From: Nitrospirales bacterium
GTDB lineage: Bacteria > Nitrospirota > Nitrospiria > Nitrospirales > UBA8639
Assembly (NCBI GenBank): GCA_965203295.1
Contig: CBDBCZ010000019.1
Span: forward strand, 2,176,001-2,240,000
Direction of reading: 5' to 3'
DNA length: 64,000 bases
Shown here: positions 30,060-40,461 of the stretch, in pieces
How positions within the stretch are numbered: the stretch's first letter is position 1
How the letters are laid out: each line of letters starts with the position of its first letter
Notes under the pieces: generated by a model
What the model was told of the DNA's origin: nothing
Database searches by the model: none
The model's input: only the letters and a program-made list of their open reading frames with translations
Position numbers and translations under genes: made by a program

Positions 30060-30857
30060 TTAAAGCTGAGTTTCTTTTTCTATTTCTACCAAAAAATTCC
30101 TCAAAAACCTAGTAATCTGTCGAGAGGCCACAACCGTCTGCTTTCGGAACTGATACAGTTTTACAAGCAAACGGGGATGCCATAAGAGTTCCGTTACACC
30201 GCGAATCCACCCTCCGGGAGTTCGAAATGTATTAAAGTCCATGGGAAGACTCTCATCCAGTTCATCTGAAACAACTCGAACCATCAGAAAGGGAATATTC
30301 TTGTCACGAGCCATCTTTCCAATGCCGGCACTTTCCATCTCCACACCCACGGCCCCAGTTTCACCAGCTAAGAGTTTCTTTTCCTCGGGGGTGCATAGTA
30401 CTCTGGAAACAGTCACAACCAGGCCTGCGAGAGTTTGATCACCCAATAATTCTGATGTGTGAGAGGCCATTCGATGAAAAGTCGGATCACAGAAATGTGA
30501 AAGCTGGCTGCCTAAGTCGGACTGATCATAAGAAAAAGCCTTGACGTGAGTCGCAATAATGATATCTCCAATCTTGGCAGGAGCCAAAGCCCCTACAAAC
30601 CCAGAACTCAGAATGAGATCAAACGAGGCATGTGACGTGACGAGTTGGCAGGCCCGCATGGCATTTTCCATTCCCATACCCGTTTGAACGAGGAACAAGT
30701 GGAGATGACCACTTTGCCCACTGATGGAACGGAAACCAAAAACGGTACTTAAAGCAGGAAAAGGAAGGACTTGACGAACGGCATTGAATTCCCACTTCGT
30801 TGCCGTAAATATCCCAATTCTGAACAGGGAGCACTCCGCAGAAGAAGTAAACGACAA
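30060..30857 (-). CDS. HpnG-like nucleoside phosphorylase/nucleosidase
   Basis: TGMG, SSGFVGAL, VEMES, VRVVSD; directly downstream of shc. Confidence 0.82.
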   Translation of the reverse strand: MSFTSSAECSLFRIGIFTATKWEFNAVRQVLPFPALSTVFGFRSISGQSGHLHLFLVQTGMGMENAMRACQLVTSHASFDLILSSGFVGALAPAKIGDIIIATHVKAFSYDQSDLGSQLSHFCDPTFHRMASHTSELLGDQTLAGLVVTVSRVLCTPEEKKLLAGETGAVGVEMESAGIGKMARDKNIPFLMVRVVSDELDESLPMDFNTFRTPGGWIRGVTELLWHPRLLVKLYQFRKQTVVASRQITRFLRNFLVEIEKETQL

Positions 30858-30878
30858 AAGATGTACTACGAATGCAGG

Positions 30879-33059
30879 CTAACTGACTTTCGGGGCTGTG
30901 ATCCGTCTCGCTTGAGCGATTTGTCGCAATTCATCAGCTTTGGCTTCTCCCTCTATCCTCACGTTTCGGTACATAGACAAAGCCCAAAGCGGAAAATATT
31001 GAGCATAACCATGATATCGCAGATAAAACACCCGAGGGAATCCGGTGCCCGTATGAAGAGGTTCATTCCATGACCCATCTTGTCGCTGATGGCGAAGAAG
31101 AAAATTTATTCCTCGTACAACATTCAGAGAATCTGAAACACCAGCTGCAAGCAAAGCGAGAAGGGCCCAGGCCGTTTGGGATGGAGTGCTTTCTCCTTGT
31201 CCTGCCCAATCTTGATCAGCGTAGGACAGGCAGGACTCTCCCCACCCTCCATCGACGTTCTGGCTAGACTCCAACCATAAGACCGCCTTCTGAATCCAAG
31301 GTGCTGACATGTCCTCACCAATGGCTCGTAGTCCTGCCAAGACCGACCAGGTCCCATAAATATAATTGACCCCCCACCGACCGTACCAACTCCCATTGAG
31401 TTCCTGCTCACGCCGAAGAAAGTCAATGGCAGGACCCGCAGAGGGATGAGAGCGGTCATACCCTAAGGTCCCCAGCATCTCGAGGCATCGTCCAGCCAGG
31501 TCAGCCGTACTAGGGTCAAGGAGGGCCTGATGGTCAGCAAAAGGAATTTTATTAAAAATAAGGCGATTGTTATTCTTATCGTAAGCGCCCCATCCCCCAT
31601 CTGAGCCTTGCATACCGAGTGCCCATTCAAACCCGTGGCGAATATGGTCATCCTGATCAGCTGGAAGTTCTTGTGACAGTTTTGCCAAGGCCATCACAAC
31701 TGTCGCGGTATCATCAATATCAGGATACAGTTTATTTTCGAACTGGAAATACCATCCTCCTGGTCGTACACCGGGAGCAGAGATAACCCAATCCGCCTCA
31801 CACTGTGATTGCTTTGACCGCAACCAATTCGCAGCCTGTCCCAATCGCGGATTTTCTATTGGGAATCCATTCTCAACCAAGACGTTAATCATCAAAGCTG
31901 TATCCCAAATCGGAGAATGACAGGGTTGAAGATGCAGTGTCGCAGGCAGCCCTCTATTTTCACCTCTAGGGGTACGAACCTCCAGTTCCTCAATTTCTTT
32001 AAGGGCCTTCACGACGAGAGGGTGATCGGTGGCGTACCCGAGAGCATGCAACGCAAAAATCGAGTTGGCCATGGCTGGATAGATCGCGCCGAGGCCACCG
32101 TCACCCCGCATATGTTCAATCATCCACATTTCTGCTTTTTTTAAAGCTTTCTTTCGGAGAGATTGCAGTGGGTACCGATCATAGACCTTGAGCATTCGAT
32201 CGATCCAGATAAAGACATTGCGCCAACTCAACCAGCACGAATCCTTTTTAAAGGGTGGCACCTCTTGAAATCGGATTTGATCACGGGGGGCTAAAAAAAG
32301 CTCCTCAATGCCCTGTTCCGGTTGTATGCTGCAAAGCGGACGTTGGCCAAATACGATGAGAAGTGGTATGAGCACGGCTCTGGACCAGTAAGATACGGCA
32401 TACACGTTGAAATAAAACCCTTTGGGAACTAGCATGATCTCAGGGGGCATGCCTGGAATGCCTTCCCAACTATATTGTCCAAAAAGCGCCAGGGTTATTT
32501 TGGTGAACACGTTGGCAGAAACCACGCCACCTTTCCCCAGAACGATCTCCCGAGCAAAAATCATGAAAGGTTCCTCTGAGGAGACACCAGCCAATTTAAG
32601 GGCAAAATAGGCCTTCACAGAGGCACTGATATCCGCTGGTCCTCCGGCATAAATGGGCCAGCCTCCATCATCAAGCTGCATCTGTCGAAGGTACTGAACA
32701 GCCTGTCGCTCACGTTCAGGATCCACCAGCCCAAGAAACCGGCGCAACATGACGTATTCTGAGGTTAGGGTAGTATCGGCCTCAAGTTCATATACCCAAT
32801 AGCCCTCCTCTGAATTTTGCTGAGCCAAAAGCAAGGCCGTATTCTTCTCAATGGCCTCGTCAATAGATTCCGCATGTCCAACCGACGGGTACGAATAACG
32901 ACCGTGACTTAATTCTTGGGGATGGACGGGATGTGGATTATGAGAAACTACCTTGAGGAAAGGGCGCAGGCGTTTACCTACTTGCCGACGAAAACCGGTT
33001 GGGACCGTATTAAAAAACCTATCAGATAGGCGGACAAGAATATTCTTTAATAAATCCAT
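30879..33059 (-). CDS. shc: Squalene-hopene cyclase
   Basis: PDIDDT (DxDD), repeated QW motifs (QxxDGGW), GTGFPRVFYLRYH. Start 33059 preferred over 33122. Confidence 0.96.
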   Translation of the reverse strand: MDLLKNILVRLSDRFFNTVPTGFRRQVGKRLRPFLKVVSHNPHPVHPQELSHGRYSYPSVGHAESIDEAIEKNTALLLAQQNSEEGYWVYELEADTTLTSEYVMLRRFLGLVDPERERQAVQYLRQMQLDDGGWPIYAGGPADISASVKAYFALKLAGVSSEEPFMIFAREIVLGKGGVVSANVFTKITLALFGQYSWEGIPGMPPEIMLVPKGFYFNVYAVSYWSRAVLIPLLIVFGQRPLCSIQPEQGIEELFLAPRDQIRFQEVPPFKKDSCWLSWRNVFIWIDRMLKVYDRYPLQSLRKKALKKAEMWMIEHMRGDGGLGAIYPAMANSIFALHALGYATDHPLVVKALKEIEELEVRTPRGENRGLPATLHLQPCHSPIWDTALMINVLVENGFPIENPRLGQAANWLRSKQSQCEADWVISAPGVRPGGWYFQFENKLYPDIDDTATVVMALAKLSQELPADQDDHIRHGFEWALGMQGSDGGWGAYDKNNNRLIFNKIPFADHQALLDPSTADLAGRCLEMLGTLGYDRSHPSAGPAIDFLRREQELNGSWYGRWGVNYIYGTWSVLAGLRAIGEDMSAPWIQKAVLWLESSQNVDGGWGESCLSYADQDWAGQGESTPSQTAWALLALLAAGVSDSLNVVRGINFLLRHQRQDGSWNEPLHTGTGFPRVFYLRYHGYAQYFPLWALSMYRNVRIEGEAKADELRQIAQARRITAPKVS

Positions 33060-33166
33060 TAGGGTGATTTTTATGCTACTTTGAATGAATACGGGAGGGA
33101 CGAGGAAGAAGCATGCAAACAATAACGCTGTTATCCAGACCTTTGACGGGAATATATTGGGGACCG

Positions 33167-33196
33167 CTTATAGCAAATCCTCCTCGTGACTGTCAA
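33167..33196 (-). promoter_or_regulatory. Sigma70 promoter of shc
   Basis: TTGACA-N18-TATAAG with extended -10 TG. Confidence 0.55.
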
Positions 33197-33383
33197 GAAA
33201 AGTTGAGATTCAAAAGAGGAAAGCCTGTGTGTCTCCTCAGTCGTTCTTCTGTGATGTGTTAGTCTTTTTGTTCCCGGAGTGATCGGTAAAGACCCAATCG
33301 AACTCAAGCATATGGATATGGTCGTTTCCCCATCCCGTTTGCTGATCTGGACTGATATCACGCAAGGGAAAAAACCTATCCAT

Positions 33384-33830
33384 TTAGGAAGAAACATCAT
33401 TCACCACATTCGTCAAGGTTTTTTGTTCATCGATAGTCCACACATCGCAAGTCGAGTCTCCATCAATATTGGCTGTGGCCACAGCCGTAAAACCCGAGGT
33501 CGTTACGGAATCCAGGGTGGAAGCGGTACAGCCCGGCGGTAATGTCCCAGAATTCGCTTTTCCTAATTCATAGTAATAGCGTTGTGATGAACCAGTCACC
33601 CCGAATCCAATAGCATTAAAATCATCAATGTAGCCATTGTGCTCTGCGAAATAGGCAATTTCAGCAGCATGAACATGGACGAGATTGGTTTTGGCCTCAG
33701 ATTGTTTGGCTCGAGCCTGGAATGACATAAACTTCGGGATGGCGATAGCAGCCAAAATAACAATAATGGCCACAACGATCATGAGTTCCGTGAGACTGAA
33801 CCCACATTGTACCCGTATACGTTGGATCAC
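33384..33830 (-). CDS. Type IV pilin-like protein
   Basis: G|FSLTELMIVVAII prepilin motif, ARAKQSEAKTNL, C-terminal Cys pair. Confidence 0.9.
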   Translation of the reverse strand: MIQRIRVQCGFSLTELMIVVAIIVILAAIAIPKFMSFQARAKQSEAKTNLVHVHAAEIAYFAEHNGYIDDFNAIGFGVTGSSQRYYYELGKANSGTLPPGCTASTLDSVTTSGFTAVATANIDGDSTCDVWTIDEQKTLTNVVNDVSS

Positions 33831-34047
33831 GAGTTCACCCCCTTCCTGTTCTGTTTTCTGCCACAGAGAAAAACCCCGTGTCTTCGGAATTCCGACTCCT
33901 AGGCTCCTTACCTAAATGATATGGAATACTTCCAATATACCCTGCTGAAGAAGTAATGGCCATATCGCAATAAGATTAATTCCACGAGAAACCTAAACCC
34001 CCTAGGTGTGTCTACACTACGAATGAGGGAAGGGCTCCGGTTGGAAC

Positions 34048-35892
34048 TTACGGCAGTGAAATAGACTTCTCTGGAGAGAAATAGCGGACTTGGGGTGGTG
34101 ATAAATTTGGGGAAGGACCGGTTGAAGGCTTCTCAAATCCTTTTTGCTGAAACCGTTCCTGCAACTCGATATTTGAGGGGTCCAGTTCAAGTGAACGGAG
34201 CCAAGTCTCTTTAGCTTTCTCTGACTCCTGTTGCGAAAGGTAAATATACCCTAGGTGTTCAAAAATAACGGGGTCGTCTTTGACCAAGAAGGAGGCCCGT
34301 TTGATTTCATCGAGCGCTTCCTGGGTTCGACCGATCTTGAAAAGCGCCCAGCCTAAACTATCCACATAATATCCATTTTCCGGCTTGAGCACGACCGCTC
34401 GTCTGGTCAGCTCAACAGCTTCGTTAATATTGATATCCCGATCAGCATAACTGTAGCCAAGATAATTGAGAGCATCGGTGTGGTTCGAATTGAGGCTCAA
34501 CACTTTTTCCATTTGCTCGACAACTTCGGGAAATCTATCTAATTTGTCATACACAGTTCCCAAGTGAAACCGAAGATCTGCATTCTCAGGATGGAGTTCA
34601 ATCCCATGCTCCAGTGTTTCCGCTGCCTTTGAATATTGTTCAGAATGCAAGTAGGCCAAACCCAATAAAAGGTGAGGCTCTGGATTGCCTGGATTAAGGG
34701 CTACGACCTGTTGCAAATGGGGAATGGCTTCATCATAGCGCTTCAGTCGATACGCCAAAAGCCCCAAGTGAATCCGACTATCATAAAAAGTTGGTGTCAT
34801 CATCAGGTTCGTTTCATAGGCCTGCTTCGCCAGCTCATAATCATTGACTTCTTCATACATGAGCCCAAGATAATCCCGTATCCGCAGTTCCTTAGGCCGA
34901 TCCCGAACAAGAGTCTTTAACACATCAATCGCTTTGTCGTGATTCCCCATCTCTCCATGAATCAGTGCGAGTCGAATTTTGGAATTGATGTCGGATGGAT
35001 CCTCGCTTACCATCTCCTCAAGGACTTCCAAGGCCTTTTGGTACGAACGTTCTCGGACAAGAAGACGAACGATTTCAAGACGAAACTTCCTTTTGTGAGG
35101 ATTCGCGCTAGAAAGGTAACGATTGTAGACGGAAACCGCCTGTTCAATATCCCCTTCCCTTTCCAATGCATTTGCCAAAGCCTGATACGCCGGTTCATAT
35201 CTTGGCGAACTGTCGATCGCTTTTGAAAACTGGGCTTTGGCTTCTTCTAATTCTCCCAATTCTTCAAGTGTTTTGCCTAAATAAAAATACCCAACATGAG
35301 AATCAGGAGTAACAGACACGCCTTGGGCAAACACCTCCTTCGCCTCTGAAAATAGTTTGAGACTAAACAAGAGAATACCTTTTGCCAAATAGCTCTTCGT
35401 ATGATTGGGATCCACAACAATGGCCTGATCATACAAAGTCAGAGCCTTATCTCGTTGCCCTGCCCCAGCATAGATCTTCGCCACTTGCATCAGCACCCAT
35501 GTACTTTGAACATCGTGAACTTCAATAGGATCTATGATAGTGACGGCAGCGGACATTTTGCCGGCAGAAAAATACAGTCTTGCAATTCTCACGCGAAGAA
35601 ACACTGATTGAGGATCTTCTTGAAGCCCTGCCTGATACGCTTCGATTGCTCGGGAATGCTCACCTGCCAATTCAGCCAAATAACCAGCTAAAAAATGATA
35701 GGACGCCTCAGAACTTGGGACGAATTCGGGTGCTGCTACAGAATCCACCGCACGATCACGCACCTCAGAACCAGCCGCGCAAGACACGACGATCAAGGGG
35801 ATGACGAGTACATATAAGGCTGTCTGACTCCACCAAGAACGACACTCGATCAAATTCTGAGCACAAAACTTCATAAATCTAACCCCTGCCAC
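34048..35892 (-). CDS. TPR-repeat protein, probable lipoprotein
   Basis: VVSC lipobox, many TPRs, ALNYLGYSYAD...DSLGW. Confidence 0.88.
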   Translation of the reverse strand: MAGVRFMKFCAQNLIECRSWWSQTALYVLVIPLIVVSCAAGSEVRDRAVDSVAAPEFVPSSEASYHFLAGYLAELAGEHSRAIEAYQAGLQEDPQSVFLRVRIARLYFSAGKMSAAVTIIDPIEVHDVQSTWVLMQVAKIYAGAGQRDKALTLYDQAIVVDPNHTKSYLAKGILLFSLKLFSEAKEVFAQGVSVTPDSHVGYFYLGKTLEELGELEEAKAQFSKAIDSSPRYEPAYQALANALEREGDIEQAVSVYNRYLSSANPHKRKFRLEIVRLLVRERSYQKALEVLEEMVSEDPSDINSKIRLALIHGEMGNHDKAIDVLKTLVRDRPKELRIRDYLGLMYEEVNDYELAKQAYETNLMMTPTFYDSRIHLGLLAYRLKRYDEAIPHLQQVVALNPGNPEPHLLLGLAYLHSEQYSKAAETLEHGIELHPENADLRFHLGTVYDKLDRFPEVVEQMEKVLSLNSNHTDALNYLGYSYADRDININEAVELTRRAVVLKPENGYYVDSLGWALFKIGRTQEALDEIKRASFLVKDDPVIFEHLGYIYLSQQESEKAKETWLRSLELDPSNIELQERFQQKGFEKPSTGPSPNLSPPQVRYFSPEKSISLP

Positions 35893-35940
35893 ATGCGTTC
35901 AAAAACCTGGCTTCTTCTCAATCTCCCTTTTGGTAAGCCG

Positions 35941-37290
35941 TCACGCGATCTCCCGGGTTGTCTCTAAGTTAGTAAACTTCGCATACCGTTCGTGAAAATG
36001 GAGCTGCCGCTCACCCGTGGGACCATTTCGATGCTTCCTCACGAGAATATCAGCGATACCTTTTTCTTCTGTTTCTGAATTATAGACCTCATCTCGATAG
36101 ATGAACATGACAAGATCGGCATCTTGCTCAATAGCCCCAGACTCTCGCAAATCAGCCAAGACTGGAATCGGCGGCTTTCGATTTTCTACCGCTCGACTTA
36201 ACTGGGAGAGTGCTACTACAGGTATTTCTAATTCTTTTGCCAAGGCTTTCAGCGCTCGACTGATGTCGGAAATTTCTTGTTGGCGACTTTCGGCATCTGA
36301 TCTTCCCTGCATAAGCTGAAGGTAATCAATAATCAAGAGATCCAAACCATGTTCTGCCTTCAATCGTCGAGCTTTGCCTCTCATCTGTTGCACAGTGAGA
36401 AAACCGGAATCGTCAATAAAGAGAGGGGCACGTTCAAGCTTATCTGCGGCATCACAAAGATATCGCCAATCTTTTTCCATCAGTTGTCCTGTTCGAAGCG
36501 CATGGGAATCCAGGAGAGCTTGGGAACTTAACATTCGGAGGACCAACTGGGCCTTTGACATTTCCATGCTGAAAATTCCGACTACCAAATTATGATCAAT
36601 AGCCGCATGCTCAGCGATTCCAAGAGCAAGGCTGGTCTTCCCCATACTGGGACGACCCGCGATAATAATGAGGTCCGACGGCTGAAGCCCCGCGGTCAGA
36701 TCATCCAAGTCCAGGTACCCCATAGGAACCCCGGTGATTTTTTCTTTCCGATTGTATAACCGATCGACAATCTCGATGCTTTCCTTAATGATCTGGTTAA
36801 CGGGGATAAAAGAACGCCCTAATTTCCCTTGGGCCAATCTAAAAATCTCTCGTTCCGCAAATTCCAAGAGATCTTCTGTTTGGCCTTCTTCCCCATATCC
36901 ACGTGTCACGACATCTGTAGCCGTCCGAATGAGACCTCGAAGAAGTGCCTTATCTTTGACAATCTTGCTGTGATATCGAATGTTGGAGGCACTCGGGATA
37001 ACTTGAACGAGTTCAGCGACATACGCAGCTCCCCCAATGGTTTCCAACTGGCCCTGAGACTTCAGATGTTCGGTCAGAGTAATCTGGTCAACGACTTCAT
37101 TTCGCTCGGAGAGTTCAATCATTGCTCGATATAGAATCCGATGCGTATTTCGATAGAAGTCATCCTCTGTCACAATTTCCAAAGCCCGACTCAGGGCAGT
37201 ATTGTCGAGTAAGATTGCCCCGAGGACGGACTGTTCCGCATCAAGATTCTGAGGAAGCAAACGAAGATCGTGCATTTCAGATGTGGGCAT
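35941..37290 (-). CDS. dnaB: Replicative DNA helicase
   Basis: AEQSVLG, GRPSMGKT, IDYLQL, LRESGAIEQDAD. Confidence 0.97.
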   Translation of the reverse strand: MPTSEMHDLRLLPQNLDAEQSVLGAILLDNTALSRALEIVTEDDFYRNTHRILYRAMIELSERNEVVDQITLTEHLKSQGQLETIGGAAYVAELVQVIPSASNIRYHSKIVKDKALLRGLIRTATDVVTRGYGEEGQTEDLLEFAEREIFRLAQGKLGRSFIPVNQIIKESIEIVDRLYNRKEKITGVPMGYLDLDDLTAGLQPSDLIIIAGRPSMGKTSLALGIAEHAAIDHNLVVGIFSMEMSKAQLVLRMLSSQALLDSHALRTGQLMEKDWRYLCDAADKLERAPLFIDDSGFLTVQQMRGKARRLKAEHGLDLLIIDYLQLMQGRSDAESRQQEISDISRALKALAKELEIPVVALSQLSRAVENRKPPIPVLADLRESGAIEQDADLVMFIYRDEVYNSETEEKGIADILVRKHRNGPTGERQLHFHERYAKFTNLETTREIA

Positions 37291-38653
37291 GATTATTCCC
37301 AGACAACAGGCTGATCAGATCAGTCAAAGCCACTTTGCGCTTTGCTGGTTTCCCTTGGCCAACAAGGTCCGTCACCATGACCTGAGAAGAAGAACAGCTT
37401 GGGTGACCAAGAACGACCATACGATGGACACCCAAAAGTTTTACTCGAGACTCCAACGCGCGAAGAGCTGGTGAAGAGAGAGAAGAAGCCATTTCTTGGA
37501 CCACGGCCAATCCATTCGAACGAAGCATCTGGGCAAGCTTAAAGGTCGCCCCGTACTTCGTTCTCAGTCCAATGAGTAAAAGGGGCTTTTGGCTTTCCGG
37601 TGGCGCCTTGCCTTCAGATCCCAAGGCACCAAACAGTCGGTCCACATCGAGCGCAAAACCCGTAGAAGGTAAATCTCGACCAAACCGACCAATCAAATGA
37701 TTATAACGCCCTCCCCCCCCTATCTCACAACCAAGAGAACCCGAAAAGACATCAAACACCATTCCATCGTAATAATCAAACCCTCGTAATTCCCCCAAAT
37801 CTAATAAGAGTCGGTCTCTCAACCCGACTCTCTCCAACAGCTGGTAAACTTGAGTCAGACGATCAGTGGGATGAATCAGTCGGCGATCTTGGCCGGCGAC
37901 GCTCCTCCCCCATTTCAGAATCTCTTCTTGGCCATACCTTCCTGGAGCCTCTAATATCACTTTCGCATCTTTTCGTGGGACGCGTTCTTCGGCCAAGATA
38001 CTTTCAAGCTTGGGAATGTCTTTTCGAGCAGCGGCGATTTGTGCTTGTTTGCAGCCCTCCTCCGACATTCCGGATCTTGCGAGCAGAGCCTTGTAAAACC
38101 CCACATGCCCCAGAGAAATAGTAAACTCGGGCAATCCCACTCTTTTCAAACATTCAACGAGAAGGATAAGGATTTCGGCATCCATCGCGGCATGGTCAGC
38201 TCCAATCAGCTCAACACCTACCTGAAAGACTTCCCGCTCCCGACCGGCATGCTCAGGTTCATAACGAAAAACTGTGGATCGGTAGCATAACCGGATCGGT
38301 AACCCCTGTCCCGCCATACCCATTGCGACAATTCTCGCGATTTGGGACGTGACATCCGGCCTTAACACAAGAATACGACCGGACGACCAATCAGCAAACT
38401 GGTAACATTTCTCTAAGACTTCTGCGGGAAGGCCTTTTGATAACACATCTAAATATTCAAAGGTGGGAGGAATAATTTCTTGGTATCCCCACTGTTCGAA
38501 ACACTGAAAGAGAAGGCCTTCGAGATCACGGACTCGTTGAGCCGCGTCAGGAAGTAAGCTAGCCATTCCGATGGGAATAAGTGAGCGGACGGTTGGGGCG
38601 TGGGAAAGCAACCGACTCTCTACCAATTTTGAGTCACGACGGGCCATAGACAA
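37277..38653 (-). CDS. hisZ: ATP phosphoribosyltransferase regulatory subunit
   Basis: LRPDVTSQIAR, REVFQVGVELIG, DYYDG, GGGRY. Confidence 0.88.
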   Translation of the reverse strand: MSMARRDSKLVESRLLSHAPTVRSLIPIGMASLLPDAAQRVRDLEGLLFQCFEQWGYQEIIPPTFEYLDVLSKGLPAEVLEKCYQFADWSSGRILVLRPDVTSQIARIVAMGMAGQGLPIRLCYRSTVFRYEPEHAGREREVFQVGVELIGADHAAMDAEILILLVECLKRVGLPEFTISLGHVGFYKALLARSGMSEEGCKQAQIAAARKDIPKLESILAEERVPRKDAKVILEAPGRYGQEEILKWGRSVAGQDRRLIHPTDRLTQVYQLLERVGLRDRLLLDLGELRGFDYYDGMVFDVFSGSLGCEIGGGGRYNHLIGRFGRDLPSTGFALDVDRLFGALGSEGKAPPESQKPLLLIGLRTKYGATFKLAQMLRSNGLAVVQEMASSLSSPALRALESRVKLLGVHRMVVLGHPSCSSSQVMVTDLVGQGKPAKRKVALTDLISLLSGNNHAHI

Positions 38654-38661
38654 CCCGTTGC

Positions 38662-40257
38662 CTAGGACCCTTTGGAAAGATCGGCCAGGCGCGTAGAGAG
38701 AATATCTTTCTCGAGTTTAATTTCTTCCAGAACGTGTTGGGGAAGTGTTGCATCAAGTCCAAAAATTAACAAGGCGTTTCCTCCCCGTTGAGCACGGGAG
38801 CATTGCATCCGAGCAATATTGATTTCGTGTTCCCCCAGAACTCGGCCAACGATCCCAATCACTCCTGGACGGTCAACATTATAAATGAAGGCCATATGCC
38901 CCTCAGGAACGACCTCAACAGGATAGGCATTAATTTCAACAATCCGGGGCTCTTTCTTATGGTAGAGGGTGCCAGCCAAATTATGAGTTTGCGTGTTTGC
39001 TTCAACACGAAGACGGATAAGAGTGGCAAAATCTCCGGCATCCCCTCCTTTCACTTCTTTGACCTGAACACCACGTTCCTTCGCAATGATCGGAGCATTC
39101 ACAAAATTGACGACATCTTCCAAGATTGGTGAGAATAACCCCTTGAGAACAGCGATGGTCAGAGGTGCCACCGAAAGCCTCGCAACCTCCCCATAATATT
39201 CCACCGTCACACTTTCGATTCCTCCATCAATCAGTTGCGATTGAAGCAATCCCATTCGCTCTGCCAATGAAAGATAGGGCTGCAGCTGAGGCAGCAATTC
39301 GGGTGGAACGGATGGAATATTGACAGCTCCACGTGCGATCCCTTTTGTAAAATAATCCACAAACTGTTCGGCAATTTCAACAGCAACATTTTCTTGGGCC
39401 TCTCCCGTCGAGGCACCGATATGAGGAGTACAAATAAAGTTATCGAGGGTGAGGATCGGATGATCAGCCCGAACCGGTTCTTCTTCAAAGACATCAAAAG
39501 CTGCAGCGGCGACTTTCTTGCCTTTTAAAGCTTCGAACAAATCGCCTTCATGCACAATACCTCCTCGGGCACAATTCACAATCATTACGCCCTCTTTCAT
39601 CTGACTGATCGCGGAGGCATTGATCAACCCCTTTGTCTCATTCGTTAAGGGTGTATGAACGGAAATGATGTCTGATCGACGGAACAACTCCGTTAACTCC
39701 ACGGCTTCAATTCCCATTTGCCTGGCTCGATCCTGCGCCAAAAAGGGATCATACCCAATCACATTCATGCCCAGTCCTTGAGCTAATTTCGTCACATAGG
39801 CTCCAATTTGACCAAGCCCGATTACACCTAACGTTTTGTTGTAAAGCTCAACCCCTAGAAACAGGTTCTTTTCCCACTTCCCTGACTTGAGAGACGCGGT
39901 GGCTTGAGGAATTTTTCGACTCAATGCCACTAACATGGCTATCGTATGCTCTGCTGTGGTAACGGTGTTCCCTCCTGGGGTATTCATCACGACGATCCCT
40001 CGCCGCGTGGCTGCGTCACTATCGACGTTATCGAGTCCTGTCCCAGCTCGACCGATGATCTTTAATTGAGTACCGGCTTCAATGACTTCCGCCGTGACTT
40101 TGGTGCCAGAGCGAACGATGAGACCTTCATACCCCTTAATTTCTTGCAGAAGTTCTTCTTTGGTCAGCTTCGTTTTGACGTCAACCGTAAACCCTGCATG
40201 CTGTAAAACCTCTACGCCGCGTTTGGACAAATTGTCACTCACAAGTATTTTCATCAT
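38662..40257 (-). CDS. serA: D-3-phosphoglycerate dehydrogenase with ASB and ACT domains
   Basis: GRAGTGLDNVD, GLGQIG, TPHIGAST, DRPGVIG. Confidence 0.95.
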   Translation of the reverse strand: MMKILVSDNLSKRGVEVLQHAGFTVDVKTKLTKEELLQEIKGYEGLIVRSGTKVTAEVIEAGTQLKIIGRAGTGLDNVDSDAATRRGIVVMNTPGGNTVTTAEHTIAMLVALSRKIPQATASLKSGKWEKNLFLGVELYNKTLGVIGLGQIGAYVTKLAQGLGMNVIGYDPFLAQDRARQMGIEAVELTELFRRSDIISVHTPLTNETKGLINASAISQMKEGVMIVNCARGGIVHEGDLFEALKGKKVAAAAFDVFEEEPVRADHPILTLDNFICTPHIGASTGEAQENVAVEIAEQFVDYFTKGIARGAVNIPSVPPELLPQLQPYLSLAERMGLLQSQLIDGGIESVTVEYYGEVARLSVAPLTIAVLKGLFSPILEDVVNFVNAPIIAKERGVQVKEVKGGDAGDFATLIRLRVEANTQTHNLAGTLYHKKEPRIVEINAYPVEVVPEGHMAFIYNVDRPGVIGIVGRVLGEHEINIARMQCSRAQRGGNALLIFGLDATLPQHVLEEIKLEKDILSTRLADLSKGS

Positions 40258-40286
40258 GTGATCTCCAGATCTATTACGCATAGTCC

Positions 40287-40386
40287 CATCAGCAATTGTT
40301 GAGCTTTGGCGACTCCACTCCGTTTGGATGTGAAGCCCGAGTCATTTTCATACTATTTCAATGACCACCATCCCGGCAATCATATC
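40287..40386 (-). pseudogene. Fossil C-terminus of a class V (serine-pyruvate/AGT-type) aminotransferase
   Basis: Degenerate translation DMIAGMVVIEIV*K*LGLHIQ/-SGVAKAQQLLM; similarity recognised from memory. Confidence 0.55.
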
Positions 40387-40461
40387 CTCTGATTTTCATG
40401 TGTTGGATTACGATGGTTAAAGGGAAACTTATCACTGTTGAGGCTATGTATTCTATGGGTC

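Noticed and set aside
33831..34047. c-di-GMP riboswitch or sigma54 promoter upstream of the pilin
   Set aside because: No GEMM-like core or well-formed GG-N10-GC box was found by eye.
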